The notes beneath the pieces are model-generated. The model was given only the letters and a program-made list of their open reading frames with translations, was not told the origin of the DNA and searched no databases. 31,193 nt of DNA, taken from assembly GCA_020349685.1 (NCBI GenBank), contig CP070698.1, positions 1,693,208 through 1,724,400 on the forward strand, given 5' to 3'. This stretch comes from a bacterium (GTDB lineage: Bacteria; BMS3Abin14). Shown here piece by piece: positions 1-8,553 of the stretch. Position numbers and translations under genes: made by a program. Position 1 is the first letter of the stretch, and every line of letters begins with the position of its first letter.

Positions 1-352
1 TGTACTCCTTGACTCTGTCGGTGATGGCGGACAAGGAGGAAAGCACGGCCAGGATCCCCAGGAGGGTCGTCAGCAGAACCAGCAGAAGGCTGATCCCGTC
101 CACACCCATGAGATACTGGATCCCGAGGCTCTGGATCCAGGTGGCTCTTTCCATCAACTGGAAACCCGGAACCCCGATCCGGAACTGGAGGAGGAGAACC
201 AGGGAGGCCGCGAAATCGACCAGGGCGATCCCCAGAGCCGCGTTTCTGATAGCCCCGGCTTTTTTGCCTGGAATGAAGAGGGCCATCAGGACAGCGCCGA
301 CGGCAGGGATGTAGGTGATGATAGAGAGTAACGGTAGGCTCATTTCGCTCAT
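1..352 (-). CDS. nuoM: NADH-quinone oxidoreductase subunit M, 5' part (runs off the window edge)
   Basis: Manual translation from ATG at 352: MSEMSLPLLSIITYIPAVGAVLMALF...FQLMERATWIQSLGIQYLMGVDGISLLLVLLTT...ITDRVKEY. The W-I-x-x-L-G-I-x-Y-x-x-G-V-D-G-I-S pattern is typical of NuoM, and the gene follows nuoL. Not in the ORF track because no stop lies in the window; ATG at 343 is an alternative start. Confidence 0.93.
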   Translation of the reverse strand, partial: MSEMSLPLLSIITYIPAVGAVLMALFIPGKKAGAIRNAALGIALVDFAASLVLLLQFRIGVPGFQLMERATWIQSLGIQYLMGVDGISLLLVLLTTLLGILAVLSSLSAITDRVKEY

Positions 353-391
353 TTAAGGCTCTTCCTGTTAATTTGAACTGTTTTTTCGTCT

Positions 392-426
392 CATGGATTC
401 TGGATCCTGCATTCTGAATTCTGGAT
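392..426. repeat. Imperfect 7-bp tandem repeat (5 units) in the nuoL-nuoM spacer
   Basis: CATGGAT TCTGGAT CCTGCAT TCTGAAT TCTGGAT read directly from the + strand. Confidence 0.75.
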
Positions 427-428
427 CA

Positions 429-2363
429 CTACAACAGCACCCAGATCAGTACCAGAACGAGTCCCGCCGCCATGGAAAGGGCATAGTTCTGAACAAAACC
501 TGTCTGCAGCTTCGAGAGGAACCCTCCCGAACGGGCGGCTCCGCCCGCGATCCCGTGCAGCGTCCCGTCGATCCCCTTGCCGTCGAATTCCGTCCAGAAG
601 ATGCTGGCGATCCGGTTCAGAGGACGGACGATGACGGCATGGTAGAGCTCATCCACCCACCACTTGTTGAGAAAAAGATCGTAAAGGAAACTGTAGTCGC
701 TCCTGATCTCCTCGGTGATGTAAGGGCGCTTGAGTATCAGAGTCAGGGCAAGGAGGATGCCTCCCACGGCGACGAGAACCGAAAGTCCCATGAGCCCGAG
801 TTCCGTGCTCAGACTGTGAACAGCGCCGGCCGCCTCACTCCCGTGTTCGGCAGCGGCTTCAAAGATGGGACCGAGCCAGTTGTGCATGACGTTGGCCTTG
901 AGGAAGATGGGGATCCCGAGAAAGCCGCCCACAGCCGAGAGAAAAGCCAGAATGGAAAGCGGTATCGTAATGACCGGCGGCGATTCGTGCGCGTGCTCCT
1001 CCACCTCCGGATCCATTCGTGATTCGCCATGGAAGGTCTTGAATACCAGCCGGAACATGTAGAAGGCGGTCATGAAGGCCGTGATGATTCCGACCAGCCA
1101 GAGAAGGACACCCGCCCCGCCCGGATGGGTGGAATTGAAGGTCGAGTAGAGGATCTCATCCTTGGACATGAATCCTGCCAGCGGCGGGATCCCCGCGATG
1201 GCCAGAGAAGCGATGACAAAAGTCCTGTACGTCGTTGGCATGATCTTCCTCAGGCCGCCCATTTTCCTTATATCCTGTTCGTCCGACAGCGCGTGGATCA
1301 CGCTGCCCGCTCCAAGAAACAGCAAAGCCTTGAAGAAGGCGTGGGTCATGAGGTGGAAGATGGCCGCCGTGTAGGCGCCCACGCCGGCCGCCAGGAACAT
1401 GTATCCCAGCTGGCTCACGGTGGAGTAGGCAAGGACACGCTTGATGTCGTTCTGGACGAGGGCGATGGTGCCGGCGAAAAAGGCTGTGAGACAGCCCACG
1501 ATGGCGACCACCAGAAGCGAAGCGGGAGCCAGGTCAAACAGGACGTGGCTGCGGGAGACCATATACACGCCTGCGGTGACCATGGTTGCCGCGTGGATGA
1601 GGGCTGACACCGGGGTCGGACCTTCCATGGCGTCGGGAAGCCAGACGTGAAGGGGCAGTTGGGCCGACTTTCCGCAGGCTCCGACAAAGAGGAGGAGCGT
1701 GATGAGGACGATCAAGGGGTCGCCCGAGTGGAACATGTCAGGAGCTTCGGCAAAGACCTTGGTGAAGGAAAGGGTCCCGAACTGGATGGCGATCAGGAGC
1801 ATCCCCAGCATGAAGCCGAAATCCCCGATCCTGTTGACGATGAAAGCTTTCTTGCCCGCGTCGGCAGCGCTGTCCCGCTTATACCAGAACCCTATGAGAA
1901 GGTAAGAGCACAGACCCACGCCCTCCCAGCCGATGAAAAGCAGCAGGTAGCTGTTCCCGAGAACCAGGAGGAGCATGGCGAAGACGAAAAGGTTCAGGTA
2001 AAGGAAGTACCTCGCGAACCCGGGGTCGTGGTGCATGTACCCGATGGAGTAGACGTGGATGAGGAAGCCCACGCCCGTAACGACCAGGATCATCACGGCT
2101 GACAGGGGGTCGAGCAGGAAACCGATATCGGCCGAAAAGGTCCCCGAACCGATCCACTCGTAAAGGACAACTTCCACTGTTCGGTGTCCTGGTGCCATCC
2201 CGGCCAGGCCCACCACCGAGATGATGGAGGCGAGGAAGGAGGCGCCAATGGCGCCGCTTCCCATAATACCCACCATCCCCTCCGACAGGCGGCGGCCGAT
2301 GAGGAGGTTGGCCAGAACGGCCAGCAGGGGAAACAGTGGGACAAGGACTATGGCGTCAGTCAT
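429..2363 (-). CDS. nuoL: NADH-quinone oxidoreductase subunit L (644 aa)
   Basis: Motifs WEGVGLCSYLLIGFW, KAFIVNRIGDFG, GKSAQLPLHVWLPDAMEGPTPVSALIHAATMV, KRVLAYSTVSQLGYM, SKDEI; C-terminal lateral-helix region ending LQTGFVQNY; operon position. Confidence 0.97.
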   Translation of the reverse strand: MTDAIVLVPLFPLLAVLANLLIGRRLSEGMVGIMGSGAIGASFLASIISVVGLAGMAPGHRTVEVVLYEWIGSGTFSADIGFLLDPLSAVMILVVTGVGFLIHVYSIGYMHHDPGFARYFLYLNLFVFAMLLLVLGNSYLLLFIGWEGVGLCSYLLIGFWYKRDSAADAGKKAFIVNRIGDFGFMLGMLLIAIQFGTLSFTKVFAEAPDMFHSGDPLIVLITLLLFVGACGKSAQLPLHVWLPDAMEGPTPVSALIHAATMVTAGVYMVSRSHVLFDLAPASLLVVAIVGCLTAFFAGTIALVQNDIKRVLAYSTVSQLGYMFLAAGVGAYTAAIFHLMTHAFFKALLFLGAGSVIHALSDEQDIRKMGGLRKIMPTTYRTFVIASLAIAGIPPLAGFMSKDEILYSTFNSTHPGGAGVLLWLVGIITAFMTAFYMFRLVFKTFHGESRMDPEVEEHAHESPPVITIPLSILAFLSAVGGFLGIPIFLKANVMHNWLGPIFEAAAEHGSEAAGAVHSLSTELGLMGLSVLVAVGGILLALTLILKRPYITEEIRSDYSFLYDLFLNKWWVDELYHAVIVRPLNRIASIFWTEFDGKGIDGTLHGIAGGAARSGGFLSKLQTGFVQNYALSMAAGLVLVLIWVLL

Positions 2364-2374
2364 CGTATTTTCTC

Positions 2375-2677
2375 CTAGCCCTTCATTTGGTTGATCTCAT
2401 CCACATTGACCGTTTCCAGGTTCCGGAAGAGGGCCACCACGATGGCCAGCCCCAGTGTCGCCTCCGCTGCGGCGACGGTCATCACGAAGAAGACGAAAAC
2501 CTGCCCGGCGGGATTCTCGAGATAGTGGGAAAAGGCCACAAGGTTGATGTTCACGGCGCTGAGCATGAGCTCGATGGAAAGAAGGATGATGATCACGTTC
2601 CTTCTCATCAGCACACCCGTCACACCGATGACGAACAGGATGGCCGCAAGTATCAGGTAGTGAGACCGGGTGATCAT
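2375..2677 (-). CDS. nuoK: NADH-quinone oxidoreductase subunit K (100 aa)
   Basis: Three hydrophobic helices, RRN loop, both conserved Glu (SIELML, VAAAEA); ATGA overlap with the nuoJ stop. Confidence 0.96.
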   Translation of the reverse strand: MITRSHYLILAAILFVIGVTGVLMRRNVIIILLSIELMLSAVNINLVAFSHYLENPAGQVFVFFVMTVAAAEATLGLAIVVALFRNLETVNVDEINQMKG

Positions 2678-3186
2678 TCCTTCTCCTCCCTTCTGGCGAG
2701 GACCATGGCCCCGAACATGACCACGAGAAGCACCAGAGAGGCCAGTTCGAAGGGGAAGAGGAATCTGGTGTAAAGGGAACCACCCACGGTAGAGGTGCTG
2801 TCTGCTCCGAGGCTCTCCACCAGTTCCACGAAGGGACCCGGGAAAATGCCCTGGACGGACAGGACGATGAGCAGGAGGATCAGAAGCACACCCACGATGC
2901 CCGCGAGGAAAGACTGACGGTGGGTGATCCGCTTTCCCTTTATCTCGGAGAGGTTAAAGAGGAAGACGACGAACAGGTAGAGGATCATGAGCGCCCCCGC
3001 CGGCACGAGGATCTGTATGGCAGCCAGGAATTCCGCCCCGAGGAGCACAAAGATCCCCGCCACGTGAAAGAAACACGGCACGAGGAAGATGACGGCGTGT
3101 ACCGGGTTGCCCCTCGAAACGGCCAGGAGGGCCGTTACCACAATCACAACGGCAAAATAGTAGAACATTATTTCTTGCAGACCCAT
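2674..3186 (-). CDS. nuoJ: NADH-quinone oxidoreductase subunit J (170 aa)
   Basis: [22 protein letters not shown] and [12 protein letters not shown] motifs; lies between nuoI and nuoK. Confidence 0.94.
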   Translation of the reverse strand: MGLQEIMFYYFAVVIVVTALLAVSRGNPVHAVIFLVPCFFHVAGIFVLLGAEFLAAIQILVPAGALMILYLFVVFLFNLSEIKGKRITHRQSFLAGIVGVLLILLLIVLSVQGIFPGPFVELVESLGADSTSTVGGSLYTRFLFPFELASLVLLVVMFGAMVLARREEKE

Positions 3187-3196
3187 CTCTTCGCTC

Positions 3197-3643
3197 CTAA
3201 AGCCGATCGTAGCGGGGGTTATCCCCCTTTGTGAGCATCTGTTCCTTGGTGACCTTGAGTTTTCCGGGGTCCGTGATCGTCAACTCGAAATCCTGACCCA
3301 TGAAAACAGCATCCACAGGGCAAACTTCCTGGCAGTAACCGCAGTAGATGCAGAGCCCCAGATCGATGACGTAGCTGTTCACCACTTTCTCGTGATCCTC
3401 ACCTTCCGATGTCTCCATGGCGATGGCCCGGGAGGGACAGATCTCGGCGCAGAGCCCGCAACCCACGCAGCGTTCCTTGCCGTCCTCGTGACGCTTGAGG
3501 ATCTGTGCCCCCCGGAACCGCTCCGGGAGGTCGTAATAGACCTCCGGATACCTGAGGGTCACCGGCTTGGAAAAAAAGTAGCGGATCGTCAAGCTGAGGC
3601 CCTTGATCAGATCTGTCTGCAGGATGTTCGTCATCAAACCCAC
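3197..3643 (-). CDS. nuoI: NADH-quinone oxidoreductase subunit I, 2x[4Fe-4S] (148 aa)
   Basis: VTLRYPE, RFRG, CVGCGLCAEICP and CIYCGYCQEVCP. Confidence 0.96.
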   Translation of the reverse strand: MGLMTNILQTDLIKGLSLTIRYFFSKPVTLRYPEVYYDLPERFRGAQILKRHEDGKERCVGCGLCAEICPSRAIAMETSEGEDHEKVVNSYVIDLGLCIYCGYCQEVCPVDAVFMGQDFELTITDPGKLKVTKEQMLTKGDNPRYDRL

Positions 3644-3659
3644 TGTACTCTCCCGTTCC

Positions 3660-4700
3660 CTAATTGAGTTGGATCACTCTCAAAATGCCCGAGATGAAGA
3701 TGTTGAAGATGGCCAGCGGCAGAAGGACCTTCCACCCCAGCGACATGAGCTGGTCGTAACGGAGCCTGGGAAAGGTCCATCGAACCCAGACGAAGAAGAA
3801 CATGAATACGGCGACCTTGGAGAGGAACCAGACCACCGGCATGGCGTACAGGACCACGCCGGCCGGCAGCAGCCCCTCGATCATGGGCCCGATGACCGGC
3901 AGGGGCAGCCAGCCTCCGAAGAAGAGGGTCACCACGACACACGACGCGGAGATCATGGCCACGTATTCGGCCATCATGAACATGGCCCATCTCAGGCTTC
4001 CGTACTCGACAAAGTATCCGGCCACGAGCTCGCTCTCGGCTTCGGGCAGGTCAAATGGCAAGCGGTTGGTCTCGGCAAAAGCCGCCACCAGGAAAAGGAT
4101 GAAGCCGAGGAACTGGGGGATCACGAACCACTTGGGGATAAAGCCGAACCAGAGACCCTGCTGTGCCATGACGATCTTGGTCATGGACAGGGATCCCGAA
4201 TACATGAGCACCCCGATGACCGAAAGACCCAGGGAGATCTCGTAGCTGATCATCTGGGCGGAGGAGCGAAGCCCTCCAAGGAGGGCGTATTTGTTGTTCG
4301 AAGCCCAACCGGCCATGACGATCCCGAATACACCCAGCGAGGACACCGAGAGGATGTAAACCAGTCCGATGTTGATGTCGGATATCATGAGGTGCGGCCC
4401 CACCGGAATCACGGCAAAGGTTAGGAGAGCCGGCACAAAGGCCATGAGAGGGGCAGCGATGAAAAGGACCCGGTCCACATTGGTGGGGGTGATGTCCTCC
4501 TTGAGGAACAGCTTCAGACCGTCGGCAATGGGCTGGAAGATCCCAAGGGGGCCCACATACAGGGGCCCGTGGCGGTGCTGTATGTGGCCGCAGACCTTGC
4601 GTTCCACCCAGTTCATCACGGTCACTCCCCCGAGGGCCACCGTGATGATCCCGATGATCTTGAGGATGATGATAAGCAGATACAGACCGATGTTTTCCAT
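3660..4700 (-). CDS. nuoH: NADH-quinone oxidoreductase subunit H (346 aa)
   Basis: ERKV, QPIADGLKLFLKE, RSSAQMISYE, AETNRLPFDLPEAESELVAG, PRLRYDQLM. Confidence 0.97.
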   Translation of the reverse strand: MENIGLYLLIIILKIIGIITVALGGVTVMNWVERKVCGHIQHRHGPLYVGPLGIFQPIADGLKLFLKEDITPTNVDRVLFIAAPLMAFVPALLTFAVIPVGPHLMISDINIGLVYILSVSSLGVFGIVMAGWASNNKYALLGGLRSSAQMISYEISLGLSVIGVLMYSGSLSMTKIVMAQQGLWFGFIPKWFVIPQFLGFILFLVAAFAETNRLPFDLPEAESELVAGYFVEYGSLRWAMFMMAEYVAMISASCVVVTLFFGGWLPLPVIGPMIEGLLPAGVVLYAMPVVWFLSKVAVFMFFFVWVRWTFPRLRYDQLMSLGWKVLLPLAIFNIFISGILRVIQLN

Positions 4701-4723
4701 GGTTCTCCCCTGATCCTGAGCCC

Positions 4724-5722
4724 TCAGTACTCCATGGCGCCGGAGCGCTTGATCTCTCCCACCTTTTCCAGGAGGAAGAAGGCCTGGGTGTTTTCCGGGT
4801 TGAGCCTTATAGCCTCATTGAGGGTTTGTTCGGCCTTGTCGAGCATGCCGAGGTGGATGTAGCTGTTGCCCAGGTGATAGAGGGCGGCTGAATCCTGAGG
4901 ATCGAGTTCCCTGACTTTGCCAAAGCTCGAAGCGGCGTCCTCGTGCTGCCCTTTCCTTGCCTGTGCCACACCCCGGTGGTAGTAGGCGGAGGCGAATTTC
5001 GGCGACAGGGACAGCGCCCTGTCAAAAGCCTCGATGGTGTCGGTCATGTTCCCCTTGTGGAAGTAGACCTGCCCCAGCCAGTAGTAGGCCATGACGTATC
5101 CAGGGGAGATTTCCACCACTTTCTTGAGGGACTCGGCAGCCTCCTTGAGCATACCTTTCTGGAAATAGACGGTCCCGAGAACGTACAGCGCACGGGCAAA
5201 GCTGGGCGACCTTTCCAGGGCCTGGTTCAGCTCCTCCACCGCTGCATCCAGTTTGGCGTTCTTCTGGTGCAGCAGGGCCAGGCGGTAGTGGATCTGGGCC
5301 GTGTCCGGTATGATGCTGCGGACCTTCTTGAAGTGAAATTCGGAATCGGGAAGCAGGCCCATGGAGTAGTAGGCCATGCCCAGCCGGTAGTGGATCGCCG
5401 GCGAAGGGGGGTTTGCGGCCTCGGCCTTCTTGAAATAATCCAGTGCCAGCGAGAGCATGCCCTTGTCGTAATAGGCGACGCCCATGTAGTAATTGGTCAT
5501 CTGGAAGTCAGGAACCAGCTCGAGGGTCTCCTCCCAGCTCTTCAGGGCTTCATCGAAAAGACCCTGATGATACTGGGAGATCCCCTCCCGGTAAAGCCGC
5601 TCGGCCTTTTCCTGGTTGGAAAGGGTCTCCTGCTCCCGGGCAGAGACCTCCAACTTGTTGCCGCACTCCTTGCAGAAGCGGCTGTCATCGGGGATGATTA
5701 GGTTGCACTCCGGGCAGATCAT
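4724..5722 (-). CDS. Zinc-ribbon + tetratricopeptide-repeat protein (332 aa)
   Basis: N-terminal CPEC-x10-CKEC, then 8 consecutive 34-aa repeats of pattern Y-x-L-G-x-x-Y...A...P. Starts 1 bp after the nuoG2 stop, with GGGAGGG upstream. Confidence 0.88.
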   Translation of the reverse strand: MICPECNLIIPDDSRFCKECGNKLEVSAREQETLSNQEKAERLYREGISQYHQGLFDEALKSWEETLELVPDFQMTNYYMGVAYYDKGMLSLALDYFKKAEAANPPSPAIHYRLGMAYYSMGLLPDSEFHFKKVRSIIPDTAQIHYRLALLHQKNAKLDAAVEELNQALERSPSFARALYVLGTVYFQKGMLKEAAESLKKVVEISPGYVMAYYWLGQVYFHKGNMTDTIEAFDRALSLSPKFASAYYHRGVAQARKGQHEDAASSFGKVRELDPQDSAALYHLGNSYIHLGMLDKAEQTLNEAIRLNPENTQAFFLLEKVGEIKRSGAMEY

Positions 5723-5723
5723 C

Positions 5724-8504
5724 TTATTTCCCTCCCGAGACTCCGGGCCCTGTCTCCTCCGTGGCCCGGCGTTTCTTGTCCTGAATTTCCTGAACGGTTT
5801 TCTTTAGCCTGGTAACCTGGCTTTCACCGGCTCTTCGCTCGGCCTCAACTCTCTCTATCCTCTCGATACCGACATAGGTCAGGCCCCTTTCCCTGACGGT
5901 ATCGTACCCGACGAGGGCGTTGACGGGCACCTCCCTGAAGTGGGTCGGCACGAAGACCGTCCCGGGCATGCTCCTCTCGGTAACCTTGACCTTGACCTCT
6001 GTTATTCCCTTGAGACTGGTCAGGCGGACCCAGTCATTGGTTTCCAGTTCCAGCTCCTGGGCATCCGAGGGATGGATCTCGGCAACGGCTGTGGACGCAA
6101 CGGTATTGAGCCCTTTGGCCATGGTCGTGGTGGTTCCCGAGTGATAGAGGATCGTTCCGGGTATGAGCAGGTAGGGATAGTTGGCCGTGGCTTTTTTGGG
6201 CTCATGGAAACGGACCGGACGGGTGCGGCCCAGGCCGCTGGGAAAACGATCGTGGTGAAGGACCTCGGTACCGGGATGGTCGGGTCTGGGGCAGGGCCAG
6301 TGGATCCCGCTCTTCTCGAGACGTTCCGGGGTGATCCCCGCGTAAAAGGGGATCATGCGCGTGATCTCCCCGAGCACCTCCATGGCGGATCCGATCCCGT
6401 TGCTGTAACCCATGGCCTCCGACATTTCGGTCAGGATCCTCCAGTCGTCCCTCGTCTTGCCGGGGGAATCGATGGCCTTCCTGACCCTTTGGACCCGCCT
6501 GTCGGTATTGGTGAAGGTGCCGTTCTTTTCAGGCCCGCAGGAGGAGGGGAGAACCACGTCCGCAAAGAGAGCCGTCTCGGTGAGGAACATGTCCTGTACC
6601 ACCAGAAGATCCAGCTTTTTCATGGCCTCGATCACCCGCTCCTGATCGGGGAAAGAGGAGAGCGGGTTCTCGCCCATTATGTACATGCCCTTGAGCTTCC
6701 CCCCGGCGGCGGCTTCGATCATCCCCATGGCGTCCAGTCCAGGTTGAGAAGGAAGCTTGACACCCCACTGACCTTCGAACCAGTTTCTGATACCGTCATC
6801 GGTTACGGGCTGGTATCCGGGGAGGAACTCGGCCAGAGCCCCCATGTCCATGCACCCCTGGATGTTGTTGTACTCCGAGAGAGGGATGATCCCGGCGCCT
6901 ACCTTGCCGACGTTGCCGGTGACAAGAGCCAGGTTCGCGGCAGCTGCAACGGTATCCTCTCCCGTGTAGGGGCTGGCACCTCCCAGCGTGATGAGGATGG
7001 TGACCTTGCCGGCTGAGGCGATGGCCCTGGCCGCCTCCCTGATGGTCTCAGCCTTTATCCCGGTGACCTTCTCCATCCTTTCAGGTTCCGCACCCTTGAG
7101 AGACTCTCTGAGCTCCTCGAGACCCGTCACCCGTGACTGGCAGAACTTCTTGTTCTCAAGGCCTTCCTCCAGGATCACGGCGATTATGGAATTTAACAGC
7201 GCCACGCTGGTCCCCGGTTTGTGCTGCATCCAGGTCTGGGCGAAACGCGTGACCTTCACGCGTCTGCTGTTGGCCGCGATGAGTTTGGCCTTCCCTGACC
7301 GGACCTGCTTGAGGACCTTGAGTCCCGCGACATGGTCGTCCTCGGTGATGTTGGAGTCGATGGCAAGGATCAGGTTCGAATGCTGGAGGTCGTTCAGGGA
7401 GTTGGTCGGGGCTTCGACACCGAAGGCCTTCCTGAGGGCCTCCATCCCCGGGAAGTGGCCGAACCGGGCGATGGAGTCGACGTTGTTCGTGCCGACGACC
7501 GCCCTCATGAACTTCTGGAAAAGGTAGTTGTCCTCGTTGGTGCATCTGGCCGAAGAGATGCCGCCGAAGGCATCGGGACCTGCCTGAGAGCGGATCTTCT
7601 CAATTCCCCGCGCGATATGGTCGTAGGCCTCCTCCCAGGTCACCGGAACCAGTTCGCCATCCTGGCGCACCATCGGTTCGGTGATCCTGTCCGGGTGGTG
7701 GACGTACTCGTAGCCGAAGCGTCCCTTGCAGCAGAGGAACCCGTTGTTGTTGGAACCCTCGTCATCCACCCCCAGCACGTGGTAGATGTGGTTGCCCTTC
7801 ACCTCCAGGTGCAGAGTGCAGCCCACTCCGCAGAAGGGACAGGTCGTCCTCACCGGCGTCAACTCCCAGGCCGGCGCCGTGTGCTTGAAGATCCGGCTGT
7901 AGAGGGAGCCCACCGGACAGGCCTGCACACATTGACCGCAGAACTCGCAGTTCATCGGCTTGGCAAAGGAGGGCTCGACCACGGTGGGGAACCCGCGGCT
8001 GGCGAAATCGAATTCGCCCTCCGCCTGAACCTCGTCACATATCCTGACGCAGCGTCCGCAGAGGATGCAGCGGTTCTGGTTCATCTCGATGAGGGGGGAC
8101 AGGTGGTCGATCCTCTTTTCCACCTCGATGTGCCCGAACCTGCCGTAGTCACGGCCGTGCTCGAACACAAGGTCCTGGAGCAGGCACCGGCCCGACTGCG
8201 GGCACACGGGGCACTCCAGCGGATGGTAGGTGAGAAGAAGCTCCAGCACGGCCTCTCGGGCACGCTTGACCCGGGCCGTGTTCGAATGGACCTCCATACC
8301 ATCGGTCACAGGAACCACGCAGGAGGCGAAAAGCCTGTCCGTTCCCTCTACCTCGACCACGCACATGCGGCACGATCCGAAGGGGAGCAGGTACTTGTGA
8401 TCGCAGAACGTGGGGATGTCTATGTCCAGCTCCCGCGCTGCGTTCAGTATGGTGGTACCGCGCGGCACCTGGATTTTTTTACCGTCTATGGTGATCGTGA
8501 ACAT
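5724..8504 (-). CDS. nuoG: NuoG / formate-dehydrogenase-alpha-like Fe-S protein, copy 2 (926 aa); probably lacks a catalytic Mo/W centre
   Basis: [2Fe-2S] ligands (FCDH, GSCRMC, ASC), HPLECPVCPQSGRC, CILCGRCVRIC, CEFCGQCVQACP, CPFCGVGC..LCCKG, then a molybdopterin-oxidoreductase fold (MGENP, EKNGTFTNTDRRVQ). The metal-ligand position reads ARFGH. Confidence 0.85.
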   Translation of the reverse strand: MFTITIDGKKIQVPRGTTILNAARELDIDIPTFCDHKYLLPFGSCRMCVVEVEGTDRLFASCVVPVTDGMEVHSNTARVKRAREAVLELLLTYHPLECPVCPQSGRCLLQDLVFEHGRDYGRFGHIEVEKRIDHLSPLIEMNQNRCILCGRCVRICDEVQAEGEFDFASRGFPTVVEPSFAKPMNCEFCGQCVQACPVGSLYSRIFKHTAPAWELTPVRTTCPFCGVGCTLHLEVKGNHIYHVLGVDDEGSNNNGFLCCKGRFGYEYVHHPDRITEPMVRQDGELVPVTWEEAYDHIARGIEKIRSQAGPDAFGGISSARCTNEDNYLFQKFMRAVVGTNNVDSIARFGHFPGMEALRKAFGVEAPTNSLNDLQHSNLILAIDSNITEDDHVAGLKVLKQVRSGKAKLIAANSRRVKVTRFAQTWMQHKPGTSVALLNSIIAVILEEGLENKKFCQSRVTGLEELRESLKGAEPERMEKVTGIKAETIREAARAIASAGKVTILITLGGASPYTGEDTVAAAANLALVTGNVGKVGAGIIPLSEYNNIQGCMDMGALAEFLPGYQPVTDDGIRNWFEGQWGVKLPSQPGLDAMGMIEAAAGGKLKGMYIMGENPLSSFPDQERVIEAMKKLDLLVVQDMFLTETALFADVVLPSSCGPEKNGTFTNTDRRVQRVRKAIDSPGKTRDDWRILTEMSEAMGYSNGIGSAMEVLGEITRMIPFYAGITPERLEKSGIHWPCPRPDHPGTEVLHHDRFPSGLGRTRPVRFHEPKKATANYPYLLIPGTILYHSGTTTTMAKGLNTVASTAVAEIHPSDAQELELETNDWVRLTSLKGITEVKVKVTERSMPGTVFVPTHFREVPVNALVGYDTVRERGLTYVGIERIERVEAERRAGESQVTRLKKTVQEIQDKKRRATEETGPGVSGGK

Positions 8505-8553
8505 CTGATTCCCTCTGCAAGCTCATCAGTTCATTAGAGAGTCCGGTCAGACC

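Noticed and set aside
5724-8504. Selenocysteine formate dehydrogenase
   Set aside because: No in-frame TGA; the ligand position is Gly and the catalytic Arg is absent.
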